The notes below the pieces were generated by a model. The model did not search any database, was not told the origin of the DNA, and worked only from the letters and a program-made list of their open reading frames with translations. From assembly GCA_964019425.1 (NCBI GenBank), contig OZ025785.1, positions 1,612,001 to 1,676,000 on the forward strand: a stretch of 64,000 nucleotides of DNA. Reading direction: 5' to 3'. The DNA is from Flectonema sp. DT1601. Taxonomy: Eukaryota. Shown here piece after piece: positions 45,733-57,371 of the stretch. Position numbers and translations under genes: made by a program. The stretch's first letter is position 1. Each line of letters opens with the position of its first letter.

Positions 45733-48180
45733 ATGTTGAGCACACATGGAAGGTTTTATAATTTCATTTCGGGACTCTGTCTGGACGGATACGAAACACG
45801 TGAAGAAGCAGCGATGAAGTTAGTGATGCTGCCAGTCTATATGATTATGTCTTTATTAAGCACCTTGTTGATTGCCGCTCATATATCTCTTGACGCTAGG
45901 TGGTTAGACAGGTTTCCGGTCATCGTTTGCTTCCTGTCGTCGTTTAGTTTTATGATTTTAATAATTACAACAAAGAAATTAAGTAAAAAGTCGATTGAGT
46001 ATCTTTGTTTCGTCTACATGGTGTGCATAATGGTTCTCGACTTGAGCTCAGCTGCAGCAATGCAAGAACGCGCCTGGCCTCTGTTCGTAGTTATCATCGA
46101 CGTTCTGTTGATCGTTGGCACCGACTGCAGAACTTCAAAAATTGCGGTTTCTATTATTTTGTTGTGGCTGATGATCGTGTCTTCTGATCATGCTTCACGA
46201 TGGGGATTACTCGACATACCCGGGACTGCACCAAAGTCGGAGCGCCTCCGTCACTGCGATTGCGGTGACCCCCCCTGCGTTGTTAAGGCAACTGGTATTT
46301 CAGGATTAGCGATGTATATTCTTGTGTTTGTTGTTGATTTCTTTTTTACTGTCGGGTTTGCGAATCAAGTTCGATCTGAGAAACAACGAATCGAAGAATC
46401 CGCTCAACTCGCTGAGAAAATCGCCTCCGCGCTGGTCGTATTCGATTTGGAGGATGCAGAAATGTATCTCACTGCTGCAGCTGGTACTGACCTCTCGGAG
46501 AGTCTGGGGAAACTCCTTTTTAATTTACGACAATATCGACCTTATCTACCAGATGCATTATTCCCCGACTCAGATCCTCGAAGGTCTTCTTCACAACAAC
46601 TTTCATTCAATCCGACTCACACTACCGCAGTTGCTATCAACATTTTGAATGTTGTTGTTCTTTGGGAAGATTACCAACCCGCAATGAAGAAAGCCGCTCT
46701 ACTTTACAACAGCATCGTCAGAAATCTCTCTGAGCACTATAATGGAGCGGAGTTGAGCAACGTTGCGGACGCCATTTTACTGTCGTTCGCTTACCAGATC
46801 GACGCCATTAATTTTAGTCTGGAATTACAAACACAAGTACAGCAAACTACCTGGCCATTAGAGTTATCAGAAGTGGGTGGATTGCATTTACTTGTTGGAC
46901 TTCATTGCGGGGCGTCTGGGGAGTTGTTAAAAGTAAGTGAGGTGGCTTGGCACTTACTTGACGACAAGGTGTGTGATGTTGTAATAGCAACGAGTAATGT
47001 CATGACAGCAGTAGCTGGTCAGGTCTCAGAAAACGCTAGTATTCTTCCACACTCAACGGTGGAAGGGGAAACTCTTTCTGCTGAGTTCACAACGAAATGG
47101 CTTGTGCCAGACTTGGGCGCTTCAAAAAAGTGCGCAATATTGGAAAATCTGGACAAGGAAAGAAATCGAATTATTCGTACCGAGGTCAGTAATGAAGCAA
47201 AAGGGGATGAGGACAGGAAAAATAGCAGCGCTTCCTATTCCACCAGCATACGAGGTAGTGTTCGCAGTTCTGTCGTATCAAGTATGCGGAAGGCGATATT
47301 GAGATCAAAGTTATCTGAAATTCCAAACGTTTCGGCAGCAAACGTCGACTTTGACTATACATTTATAAATTCTTGTGACTTCCCAGTAACTTCTGTAAGT
47401 GATGCAATCAGTAGCGTCGTAATTTCTACCGATAGGACTTCCGGCATAGTTGCCACTGTGTTCGGCTCCACGGTTGTTACGGTGTGGAATGTGAGTAAAA
47501 AGTGCTCCGACCACATACATCGGTCTGCACGATTTTGTGGCCTACTTTACGAAACATTAGAAAGACTCGATCATCTTTGGACTTCTCGAATGACAATTGG
47601 AGTTGCGAATGGATCGCTAATGTCAGGGAACATCGGTAACGACAAGCAAAGATTCATCGTAGTCATTGGTGCTGTTTTAGAACTCTCTTCAGCGCTTTCG
47701 CGCTCTGCTGCTACGGTCGGAGTGGTCGCATTAGCAGCCACAGTACCTGGAGGAGGGGGAAGGTTATTGTCGAGTGAAAGTTCATTAAATTCATTTGTGA
47801 GACCAATCGACACGTGGAATTGGAGTAATACTCCGATTGTTGTTTTTCAACTTCGTGTTTCATGTTTGACCAGGTTTACGGCAAAGAGTTCCGTTGGTTG
47901 GGATGCGGCATATGAAGCTGCCTGGAAGAACTCAGACGTATCTCTACTACGAACACTCACTGATGATGACCCAACGATAAGCAAAGTCATCAATCTACTG
48001 GAAACGAACTCCCATTTAATGAATCCCGTCATCCAAGGAGGCTTCACCGGAAGGGCACGTAAGAACATCAGTCCGAGAAAGAAGTCGAGACCTGCAACCG
48101 TTCTTTTCAGCGAACTGTCTCCCGCATCAAATAGTGTTCAGCTGCTTTCTTTTGATGCAGACACAGGTCTTGACAACTAA
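45733..48180 (+). CDS. Multi-TM receptor-type protein with two degenerate class III nucleotidyl cyclase-like domains, 815 aa
   Basis: About 6 N-terminal TM segments; linker LRQYRPYLPDALF. Domain 1: TTAVAINI..LWE..AM..YNGAELSNVADAILLSF..VGLHCG. Domain 2: GIVATVFGSTVVTVWN..IGVANGSLMSGNIG..QRFIVVIG. Confidence 0.75.
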   Translation: MLSTHGRFYNFISGLCLDGYETREEAAMKLVMLPVYMIMSLLSTLLIAAHISLDARWLDRFPVIVCFLSSFSFMILIITTKKLSKKSIEYLCFVYMVCIMVLDLSSAAAMQERAWPLFVVIIDVLLIVGTDCRTSKIAVSIILLWLMIVSSDHASRWGLLDIPGTAPKSERLRHCDCGDPPCVVKATGISGLAMYILVFVVDFFFTVGFANQVRSEKQRIEESAQLAEKIASALVVFDLEDAEMYLTAAAGTDLSESLGKLLFNLRQYRPYLPDALFPDSDPRRSSSQQLSFNPTHTTAVAINILNVVVLWEDYQPAMKKAALLYNSIVRNLSEHYNGAELSNVADAILLSFAYQIDAINFSLELQTQVQQTTWPLELSEVGGLHLLVGLHCGASGELLKVSEVAWHLLDDKVCDVVIATSNVMTAVAGQVSENASILPHSTVEGETLSAEFTTKWLVPDLGASKKCAILENLDKERNRIIRTEVSNEAKGDEDRKNSSASYSTSIRGSVRSSVVSSMRKAILRSKLSEIPNVSAANVDFDYTFINSCDFPVTSVSDAISSVVISTDRTSGIVATVFGSTVVTVWNVSKKCSDHIHRSARFCGLLYETLERLDHLWTSRMTIGVANGSLMSGNIGNDKQRFIVVIGAVLELSSALSRSAATVGVVALAATVPGGGGRLLSSESSLNSFVRPIDTWNWSNTPIVVFQLRVSCLTRFTAKSSVGWDAAYEAAWKNSDVSLLRTLTDDDPTISKVINLLETNSHLMNPVIQGGFTGRARKNISPRKKSRPATVLFSELSPASNSVQLLSFDADTGLDN

Positions 48181-48394
48181 CAGGGAGAACTATTAAATAT
48201 TCTTCCCATTCGCTTTCAATGGCATGCATTGTAATCTGTGGGGTATTCGTAGGGTTACCACTCTCAGTAACTCCCACCAACTATTGTACATTACTTTCCC
48301 ATTCCTCTCATTTCTTAATAACAAGTCGAATTATATAAAATATTTATTATTATTTTCTCAATCATCTCATCTTCTGACAGAATCAGAAGTCAAT

Positions 48395-49537
48395 ATGATG
48401 GTCACTGCAGCAATTATCGGAGCAGGTCCATGTGGACTGACAGCAGCCATCGCGCTGAAGAAAAAGAATATCGATGTTGTTGTTCTTGAAAAGATGTCTT
48501 CCTGGAAGGCAGATGCTTCAGCAGGTACTTCGATGGGATTAGAACTGAATGGTATGCAGGCACTGTGGGAGATCGATCATAAAGTAGCTGATCAGCTGAG
48601 AGAAGCGTCTACAGCCATCAGAGGAACTAAAATGATGAATGCGACAAGTGGAAAAATAGTTCATCAGGAACGTTACCAGATTACTGGTGAATGCCCTCGA
48701 CACATTAGAAGATCAATTTTGATGGAAATATTACAAAAGCGAGCGAAGGAACTTTCAATCAACATTGAATACAATACACACATAGCTTCTGTAAACTTGC
48801 CATTATTGCACACAACCGAAAAGGTGATTTATGCGGATGCGATGCTGTGCTGCGACGGACACTTTGGAGGTGTAAAGCGGCTGGTAATGTCAGACACGTT
48901 GCCGGAGTACAGCGGATACGTTTGCTGGAGAATGGTATTGCCAGATGTGATGCCGGATTTGGATTCAAAGCTGTTCGTACTTCCAGAAGAGGAATGTGTA
49001 AATACCGCTGCTGGTGTTTTCAAACCAACAACGGATGGCAATGTTGCTGTCGACGTGGTTGCCAAGATGGATTGGGGGAAGTACCCAGCGGATTTCAGTC
49101 GATCCCCCGAAACTGCCCAAAAGTCCCTCCTCGAGAAAGTTAACACCTGGCCGAAATATCTTCGCTCTTTAATTGCAGGTACTGATGCGAATAATATCAT
49201 CGAGCGAGGTGTCTTCCATAGACCACCCACCAAGCCTTGGGGTGCTGCTACAATGACTTCTTTAGGTGACTCGGCCCACCCCTTTTTACCAAATTTAGAA
49301 CAAAACTGGGCGCAGTCGATGCTCGACATCCTCACGCTTTCCCGCACCTTCGAAAAGACTCGAGTGGCTGAGTCTCTGCGGGCTTACGAGAGGATCCGAA
49401 AGCCACTTATTCAATCTGAACAGCAGCATGGACTTGACTTGAAATGGAAACTTTCCTCCTGGGTGCATTATTTTATTAGCAAAGATGGAGATGAAAAAAT
49501 GAAGTACCTCGCTGCTGAGGGCGGCGCAAAACTGTAG
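48395..49537 (+). CDS. FAD-dependent monooxygenase (class A aromatic hydroxylase family)
   Basis: IIGAGPCGLTAA (GxGxxG), CDG (DG motif), LGDSAHP, LRAYERIR. Start placed at the first ATG after CTTCTGACAG (48380), not the track start 48224. Confidence 0.88.
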   Translation: MMVTAAIIGAGPCGLTAAIALKKKNIDVVVLEKMSSWKADASAGTSMGLELNGMQALWEIDHKVADQLREASTAIRGTKMMNATSGKIVHQERYQITGECPRHIRRSILMEILQKRAKELSINIEYNTHIASVNLPLLHTTEKVIYADAMLCCDGHFGGVKRLVMSDTLPEYSGYVCWRMVLPDVMPDLDSKLFVLPEEECVNTAAGVFKPTTDGNVAVDVVAKMDWGKYPADFSRSPETAQKSLLEKVNTWPKYLRSLIAGTDANNIIERGVFHRPPTKPWGAATMTSLGDSAHPFLPNLEQNWAQSMLDILTLSRTFEKTRVAESLRAYERIRKPLIQSEQQHGLDLKWKLSSWVHYFISKDGDEKMKYLAAEGGAKL

Positions 49538-49765
49538 TCGCATGAGCATTCTCTTAGGGAACTCTGCAAGACTAGGGCTTGTTGTTCACGCACTGCGCTA
49601 CTTAAACTCCTGATAAGATCTTGCTGTTGAAGTGACACAATAATTGATTCACCTGACAATTCTGTATTTACTTTCTGGTTGACAAAAAATTGTTAGTTAT
49701 CTTCAGCATGCCAACGTAAATTTCTAAATTCTTTTATAAATGATAAAAAACTATTTTATGTGCTC

Positions 49766-50315
49766 ACTACCGCGAATATCTGATTTTCAGGAAAGCGTGC
49801 TCGCGGTAGTTATATTGGACTTTGAACGATATAGACTGATAGACTTGTATACATGTTGTTTGTTATTCCAACCAATAACGACGACGTAAGAACCCCTTGC
49901 GTGCAACTGTTGCCTCGTGGTCGAATGTGGTACTACTATCGCGAATACCTGACGTTCAGGAAAGTGTGCTCGCAGTAGTAGGATTGAACTTTGAACGATA
50001 TAGACTACTCATACATCATCGCGATACGCAATAAAGCCCTTGTTCCCCACCACCATACGCAAAAAAACTGTGAACCACATAGAGTAAATATTACCTATTA
50101 TTGAACAGCAATATTCCCTTACGAGAACTTACCTTGAACGACATAAAAATCGTAGCTAAGTTTTCGTTAAGTAATATGACCAAAAACAGTTTTTGTAATT
50201 TTCGTGCGATTTTTCGTGCACGATATGTGTAATCACTTACTACCGTCCTGAAGTTCAGGAAAGTGTGCTCGCGGTAGTAAGATTGAACTTTGAACGATAT
50301 AGACTACTCATACAT
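49766..50315. repeat. Three dispersed direct copies of a ~70-85 bp element with nested inverted repeats (~49766-49837, ~49931-50016, ~50238-50315)
   Basis: Shared consensus ACTACCGCGA..CCTGANNTTCAGGAAAGYGTGCTCGCGGTAGT..ATTGRACTTTGAACGATATAGACT, read directly in each copy; copy 3 has a short internal deletion. Confidence 0.85.
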
Positions 50316-52416
50316 AATTGCACAATTAATTTCCCCCGACACGCTGGCAGTAACAACTAACTGCCCCAGTTTGAACAACATAGACTAATCAAAATTATAC
50401 ATTCATACATTCAGAAGCAACAATGAACAGCCATAACTCTGAGGGGCGGACAGGGAGCGGATTCATTGTAGTGTCTTCTCAAGTAGTATGGAAACTTCTT
50501 GTGTGCTGCATATGTGGTTTCTCGACTGCTAACTTCAAAATTCATATTTCCACGCATTAAATTTCTCCTTGATATTTATCGCTGTTGGAATTACGTTTTT
50601 CACTGCGAACTGCGCCAGCTTAATTCTATTTTTGTTGGAGATTTTCAAAACCAATTAGTGAGTTTATCTAAGAAAGGATGTGAAAGAAAAATATTTAATC
50701 AAAATAGAGAACAATATCAAAATAAGGAACCTTCGTTTGACTTCTTTGTGGGTGAAATGTTTTTGTGTTTCTTCTCTTCCCCCTTACCCGTTAATTGAAC
50801 TCTTATGAACTTTATAATAAATAACACAACGTGAGCAGACTTCTGCGACTTGAAGCAAGAATCTGCATTTTCTTTTCGAGCAAACTGCCACTTTTAGTTG
50901 TTTTTTGTAACAAAACCAAAATAAAATCCGACAACTCTTTCTGCTGTTCTTTCCGACGAGTTTCGCTTTTTTGTTGCTTCCTCCCATTTTTGAAATATAA
51001 CTCAACTCTGTTGGTCAGAATTGAAGATTCCTTCTATTTCTGCTTCTCAGCTTTGATATCAAGAAATGCTCTTTTTGCTACTTTTCTTGTGGGGTGTGAG
51101 CCTCTGCGCGCTTGTCCTTGAAGAAAATATTTTTTTATTTTATAAATTTATTATTCATACTTTTAACAGTATAGCAATTCAAATAGTTTTTTATTATTTT
51201 GATTTCATCTGCTAATGTAAACGTATGTTTGTGTTTTCAGTGGACATTCAACAAGTGTGAATCCTTCTTAAAATTAATATATAACAGCATTATGAAAACC
51301 TACATTATTTTTATTTTACGGAGCTTGAAGGACTTGAGTTGCAAAGAGAATTCTGCGGTCAGTAATTGACTGCTTCTCCTATTTTCGAGTCGTCTTGCAT
51401 CTGCTCGTGTTAAAGTATTTCGCCAACCGAATCTAAGAGCACGAGATTTTCTTTTTGTAAGGAGATTCCTGGATTTTCATTTTACCCTCCTGTTTCTCGT
51501 CGCACGACAGTACAGACTACGTCATGCATACAAACGAACAGAATGGGTGGCATAAGTTTTGTGGTTTGAGAGATATATGAGCTCTTTGTTGTCAGACATT
51601 CAGCTAGTTGGAGTATGTGTAGGATGTAATCCCCACACCGCGTGTTGTCTCTCATGGTTCGCGGGATCTAATCCCTCGGAGTTGTTTTTGTTCGCACGAA
51701 TTGTGTAATTCTGCAACATTGACAACAGGGAGTCTCTCTGTTCGCAAATATTTTGTTAGTTTCCGTGAATGTTTATCATATTGAGGAATCTCCAGCATGT
51801 ACTCTATTTTCCCCCCCAAAACGCGCAACAATTAAGATTTGTTTGCAGCACTTTCCCATTAGCTAACGTCGTTAATTACTTATGCGCCGCCGTGTGTGGC
51901 AGTCCGATAGTTTTGGATTCCGTTCGGGTGTGTGTGTTTCCGAGGGTCGGTTATTAAGATTTTATTGTACAATCTGATTGCGAGTCTTACCACGGATTCA
52001 TGACGACGCATAAGTGATTATTTCGATCACAAGTTCTTTGGCTCTCTAACTTCTTTGATTTGTGTTATGATTTTGTTTAGACACTAGCCGGACTCTACGG
52101 AGTTAGGCGAGTCGTGTTTTCGAGATTTAGTTTCAACTGCCCCTTACTGGGACAGTTTGAACAATAGCGTGCCATTATCCCTTTTCACACCTCTCCTTTT
52201 CTCTCTTTTGCTTCAAACTAGTATACGAGGTAGAAGCATTGTGGTTGTAGATCTCTTGATCTAGTATGCCCTGTGCCGAAACTAATAAAATAATCCCCCC
52301 GGGATTAGGTTCTTCCTACTACCGCAGTATTGGGGACCCTCAGAAGAGCCACCCGGTACTATTTGAGTGTCTAGCTAACCGATACTCTGATGGACTTGCT
52401 AACTAACTAAACTAAA

Positions 52417-53033
52417 AGCCCGAAACCAACCATTATTTGTTTGTTGTCCTACGAACTTTTGCATTCGATTTCCCGCCTTCTTTTGACTGATAACCATTAA
52501 TACTAACTAAACTAAAACTGAGCTTCCTTTTAATTCTGTTCTTTACGGATTGATATATTTGGTAAGCTCCTTACAATATTAATGTTTGGGACAAGTGGGA
52601 GGATGTACGTTCGTGTTCCGTGGATTGCAACTACGTATTCGATAATGTTAAGTTGACATGTGTTTTACCTTTTTGGTGAACTATCACATAAAACTCATTT
52701 TCTACTTAAACATTGGACATTGGACTACCAACTGGACGTGGAAAGAAATGTGTTCGTACGTCATAACCCATGAGAGGGTTACTTTTAATTATTCATTCAC
52801 CATAAACATATTGGTATCTCGCGTTTATTAATATTCTGCAGGGGGACTATGTTAAGGTGGTGACCATGTTGACGTGGTCCCCTTGCTGAGAAAGGCAAAC
52901 GCATGAGAAGGAAAGGTCTGATACCGCAGATCCCCCTTACTTTCTTCGCTGAGGAAGGCTGAGTAGGGTGTGGTCCGAAAAAGATTTTTGATTTTAGCCC
53001 GAAACCAACCAATATTTGTTTGATGTCCTACGA
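52417..53033. repeat. 38 bp direct repeat pair (52417-52454 and 52996-53033)
   Basis: AGCCCGAAACCAACCA(T/A)TATTTGTTTG(T/A)TGTCCTACGA, two mismatches. Confidence 0.8.
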
Positions 53034-54517
53034 TAATTGATTAACCCATACACTGGACCACAACTAGTCTAGTAGCAATGCTCTATTTTTTGCGTACAAC
53101 TGAAAGTCAAATTAAAATGCGATACCACAAGAGATGTTGCTCACTGTTAGTTATCCAATGAATCTATTCAACGAGAAACTTTCCTCAAGCAAACATGACG
53201 GAGTTCTCGCTTAGGTGTTTCCAGTTTTTTCAATTCACAAAAGTATTCCCCTACTTTCGATCTTCATTTTGTAGTTAAATAAAGCATCATTTAACTAGCG
53301 TCGGTATCACAACCGACGTTTGTGCTTGCGGTAATTGCGTATGTACCCTGATTCCGTGGTTGTCTGCCGATTACGAATTTGGTTCCCCCAAATGGTGGTC
53401 CAAAAGCCCAGTTGCTAAAGAGGACGGCAACAGCACTCGGTGATGTTTTAAGTACGTTGGTACTGACTGTAAGTCAGCTACTTGTACCGCAATCACCAAT
53501 TTGAGGTCTTTTCTAAAAAACACTACTTTCGTTGTTCTTCAAACTTTACTAATTCTCAAAAACCGGCAAAAACAAAATCGCGGTCCGTTTTCATTTCACA
53601 TCCGACAGCCTAAAGGCGCGAAAGAAAATGCCAACTCAGCTTGTCTCGGTACCTGTCGTTTTGATCATGATAAATATAAATATGGTTTTGGTATTTCAGT
53701 TTCGTCAACACAGATATGTTATGTAATCTTTGATCGATCTCTCGTAACAAATTCGCTAGCTAAGATTCGTGTCCCTTCTTTTTTTCAACTTAGTGACCCT
53801 TTGAGAAATAATACCAAGTGAGCTATTATCACTAGGTCTTTCATTCCTGCATCGCCGGTAGTCCCGTGCAGGTTGCTATGGGGTCGCTATTAAATATGAG
53901 CGAATCTGACCATACATTGTTAACATTTTTTTTATTTTTCAAGAAGCACATTTTATTTTTTCAAAATATTTCTGACTTTTAACTTTCACTGAACGTTAAC
54001 AGTTAGTGAGAAACATTAACTGAGGAAATATTCTCTTATTAATGTTTCTTAAAAGTAGCTTAACTTCATCAATCACTTGGGGCAGTATTCTTGTGTGTTG
54101 AGTGGACGCGGTGTGTGAGACCAGCCAGCTGCTCTTGTCTAGGCAAACAGCTGTTGGTTAGAGTGTGTCTGTTTTGTTGCAATTGGCTTTTATGGAACGG
54201 AATTTCGATTTCATTCAAGTAAACTGCCTTTCGTTTGTGTGAGACTAATAATTGCTCTTACTTAGGTAATCAACTTGTTAGTTAGAGTGTGTTCTATGAG
54301 GTCATTACTCAACTGCAATGAATCCCTTCTTCTGTTTAATAAGTGTAGCTATCGCTAAAGTATGTTGTATTACAAGTAATTGACTCAGACTGATATTAAT
54401 TGCAAATAGTACTCGCAATCTTCAGTCGCTGAGTCGGTCAATTAGTTCATCATCCGAATTTTTACATTTTGAATTCCTATCAAAGTTTTTTTAAATTTAA
54501 GATAATCTCCTTTTTTT

Positions 54518-54548
<31 letters not shown>

Positions 54549-56040
54549 CCTCCTTCCTAATTGTTTTCCTTTTCTGGATGATATTCGTACGTTTTCCAGC
54601 TAACTTGAAATTGGAACAGCAAGTGAGTTAATAATTTTAAGTTAATTTCAATTTAGCAAATAAGAATTAAAATGAATCGTCAGTAAGACAGGCTGTACTT
54701 AGAAAGATCAACACGACAAAGGGAATTGATAATACTTTTGGTTCACAACTTTTCTGCTGATGTACTGCAACTGCAAGGAACTGGAAAACTAAGAGAACGG
54801 AAGGAAGGATGATAATAATCTTCTAGAAAATAATTGGTCATGTCTGCTTTGCTTGGTTTCATCGCTTCTGCGCGGTCCGAATTCAAGACTGCTGCTTGTT
54901 GGGTTTAGAGCAGTGGGTCTAATTAATAGTTGATAATAACTTGTTGAATGTGTGTTCCCATTATTTATTATCATCATCATCGTTCTTCCCTCAGTTCCTC
55001 TGCGAAGTCGCGGAGGGGTATGAGGAAAATGATAAATGTGATGATGATGATGAAAATGATGGGTTTTTCTTGAAAACATGTGTATTCCCTGCTTCTGTGG
55101 GTGTTTGCTTTGTTTTCTTCCCTTTCCGTTGAATATTAATTTACACTATTCTTTTCCTTTTTCCTTTTTCCTTTTATTTTTCTTTCTTGTGGGTTGTTGT
55201 TGTTATTGTTAACATTATAGTGCACAACACAACACAACCCACAAAAACACATGCTCTCTCTCCTTCCTGTCTTCTTCTTCTTCATGTCTTCTCATGTATG
55301 TTGAAGTGTTAGGTTGGAGGGAAATCACCATCTGGCTTCTCGTTCTTCGTTTCCTCCGTTTTCGGAGTGGTTGAAGGAGAGGCGATTAATCCTTTTTTTA
55401 GGCTAATGTCCTTGTTTTGAGTTCTGTTTTGTTTTGTTTTTTTAGTTTTTTTTATTTTCATCAGTTCAGTTTATATCGAATATTTGATTGTTAGTTTTTG
55501 AGAAGTAAATGTGTTTTGAGTGATCTCCGTTGAAGATAGAGATCGTTGTAAAAGTGTTTTCTTTTTTTGTTTATTTTACCGTTGATGTGCCTTTCTTGGA
55601 CAGCTTCGGGTGCATACAACCGACTCCTTCATTTTTTAATCTTCTTCAGCAATACCCTTCCTTTTGTTTTTTAATTGTAGCCTTACATTATCATTACACC
55701 AACCTCCCCAGTTGAAGCATTGCAATTTTTAATTTCCAAAAGAATATCTGAATCTGTGAAAGTGTGTTGGGTCCTTTTTTGTTTTTATTTTTATTTTTAT
55801 TTTAATTCCATCTCTTTTTTCCTTCAACCGTTTATCCTCGTTTTTCTCTTTTCGAGTACAGGATAAAGAAGGAAGTGAAGTGATGGCGATGAGGCAAGGA
55901 ATAAAGTGTTTTTCTTAAAAAAAAATAAAAATAAGGCAAGTAACATGGGGGAAACTTTCCCTGTGTAATCTTCAAAAAAATAAAAAAAAAATAAAAAAAA
56001 GGGGTTCCACTCCCCGCTAATCAAAAAAAAAACAAACAAA

Positions 56041-56079
56041 TACATACATACATACATACATACATACATACATACATAC
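56041..56079. repeat. (TACA)n microsatellite, 24 bp longer than the matching tract in unit 2 (~60070)
   Basis: Direct read of both copies. Confidence 0.9.
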
Positions 56080-56444
56080 GTACATAAATAAAAAAAAACA
56101 ACCAAGAAAAATAAAAATAATAATAACAAACAAAAAAATATAAATAGCAGGGGAACCTCCCTGTGAAAATAAAATAAAAAAAAAATACAAAAAAAGGGTT
56201 CCACTTCCCTAATAATTGATGTGTCTCAAAACGTTTGTTGATGTTGTTCAGATTATTGTCTTCTACAGGTTCAGGAAATTTAATGAAAGCCACAAGATGG
56301 AGAACAGCAGGGAGGAGGGGGTTCGTTGGGGGGAATAATGTGTTTTGTTTTATTGGGACCCTGAGTACGAGTGATTGGTGTATTGTTGTAATTATCTTTT
56401 TTATTTCCACAGGCAGCCGTATCGAAAAGTTCTAAACCTAAATC

Positions 56445-57371
56445 ATGTTCTGGACAACGTTAACGCCGTGGGAGTCCGAGGAGGAGATCCAACGCGGTGT
56501 TGGGAATGAGAGTGGGAGAGGCACCAGTAAGCACGGTGCCTCTCCCAGAAGGGAGCATCAGAGACGGAGAGAGTCTCAGGAGAGGGAACGAAGGGACTTG
56601 CTTCGGGGAGTGAAGGACGCGATTCGTGTTTCGGAAGATCGGGAGCAGCCGGAGGAGCAGCCATCGTTGGTGCAGCCACTACTACTACCACAAGAACAAG
56701 AAGAACATCAACAGCTACAGCATCAACAGCAGCAGCCGTCACTACCACTACCGACGTTATATCGACCAACGCAGCAGGGGGCGACTTCGACATTACAACA
56801 TCAGCAACCTCAGCAAGAACAACGTAGAGGGCAACAACTGCAGCAAGAACAACAACAACAACAACCACTACTACTTCAGCATTCAGTACCTCAGCCGCTC
56901 ACATCACAGCGTGTTTGGGGCGAACCACTGGCACAACCACAACCACAACCACAAGTACGTGCATTGTCGCTGAGCCATCCACAAGCGATGATGCCAAACA
57001 GACAACCGCGGAGTTCATTCCGAGACCGGATGACCACCGACGCACCAACGGATGGCGACTTCTTCGTGAGACAGCTTTGTGCATGTCTTCTCGCGACAGT
57101 TATTTTGTTGTTATGTGTTGTTTATTTTGCTCGTGCGAACCCCAAAGTCGTTGAAGGATTCGGGGCTTTTTTTTCCGTTTTTCTTTTCGTAGCGAAATTG
57201 TACATTTCTCTTTTCCCTCCTCCTGTACTGATCATTGCGGTGATCAGTAGTTGGTACACGTCTACCGATTGGAAGGAATTTTTGTTTCGCTTGTGTACTT
57301 TTCCCATCCAGGTAGTCGTCTACCTGGGGGGAGTAAGTGGATTGCTGGGAAGTCGCCAGGTTAAGAAATGA
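56445..57371 (+). CDS. Gln/Pro-rich protein with C-terminal hydrophobic (TM) segments, copy 1, 308 aa
   Basis: Longest ORF of the repeat unit, GC-richer than flanks, preceded by T-tract + CCACAG. Charged N-terminus, poly-Q middle, 3-4 hydrophobic segments. Confidence 0.7.
   Translation: MFWTTLTPWESEEEIQRGVGNESGRGTSKHGASPRREHQRRRESQERERRDLLRGVKDAIRVSEDREQPEEQPSLVQPLLLPQEQEEHQQLQHQQQQPSLPLPTLYRPTQQGATSTLQHQQPQQEQRRGQQLQQEQQQQQPLLLQHSVPQPLTSQRVWGEPLAQPQPQPQVRALSLSHPQAMMPNRQPRSSFRDRMTTDAPTDGDFFVRQLCACLLATVILLLCVVYFARANPKVVEGFGAFFSVFLFVAKLYISLFPPPVLIIAVISSWYTSTDWKEFLFRLCTFPIQVVVYLGGVSGLLGSRQVKK

Noticed and set aside
49766..50315. CRISPR-like reading of the repeat-spacer pattern
   Set aside because: Repeats are too long and divergent, spacers are unequal, there are no cas genes, and the context is eukaryotic.
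56443..57154. Overlapping alternative-frame and antisense ORFs in the repeat unit (poly-V, poly-N/H, poly-T)
   Set aside because: Frame shadows of the CAA/CAG-rich coding sequence.
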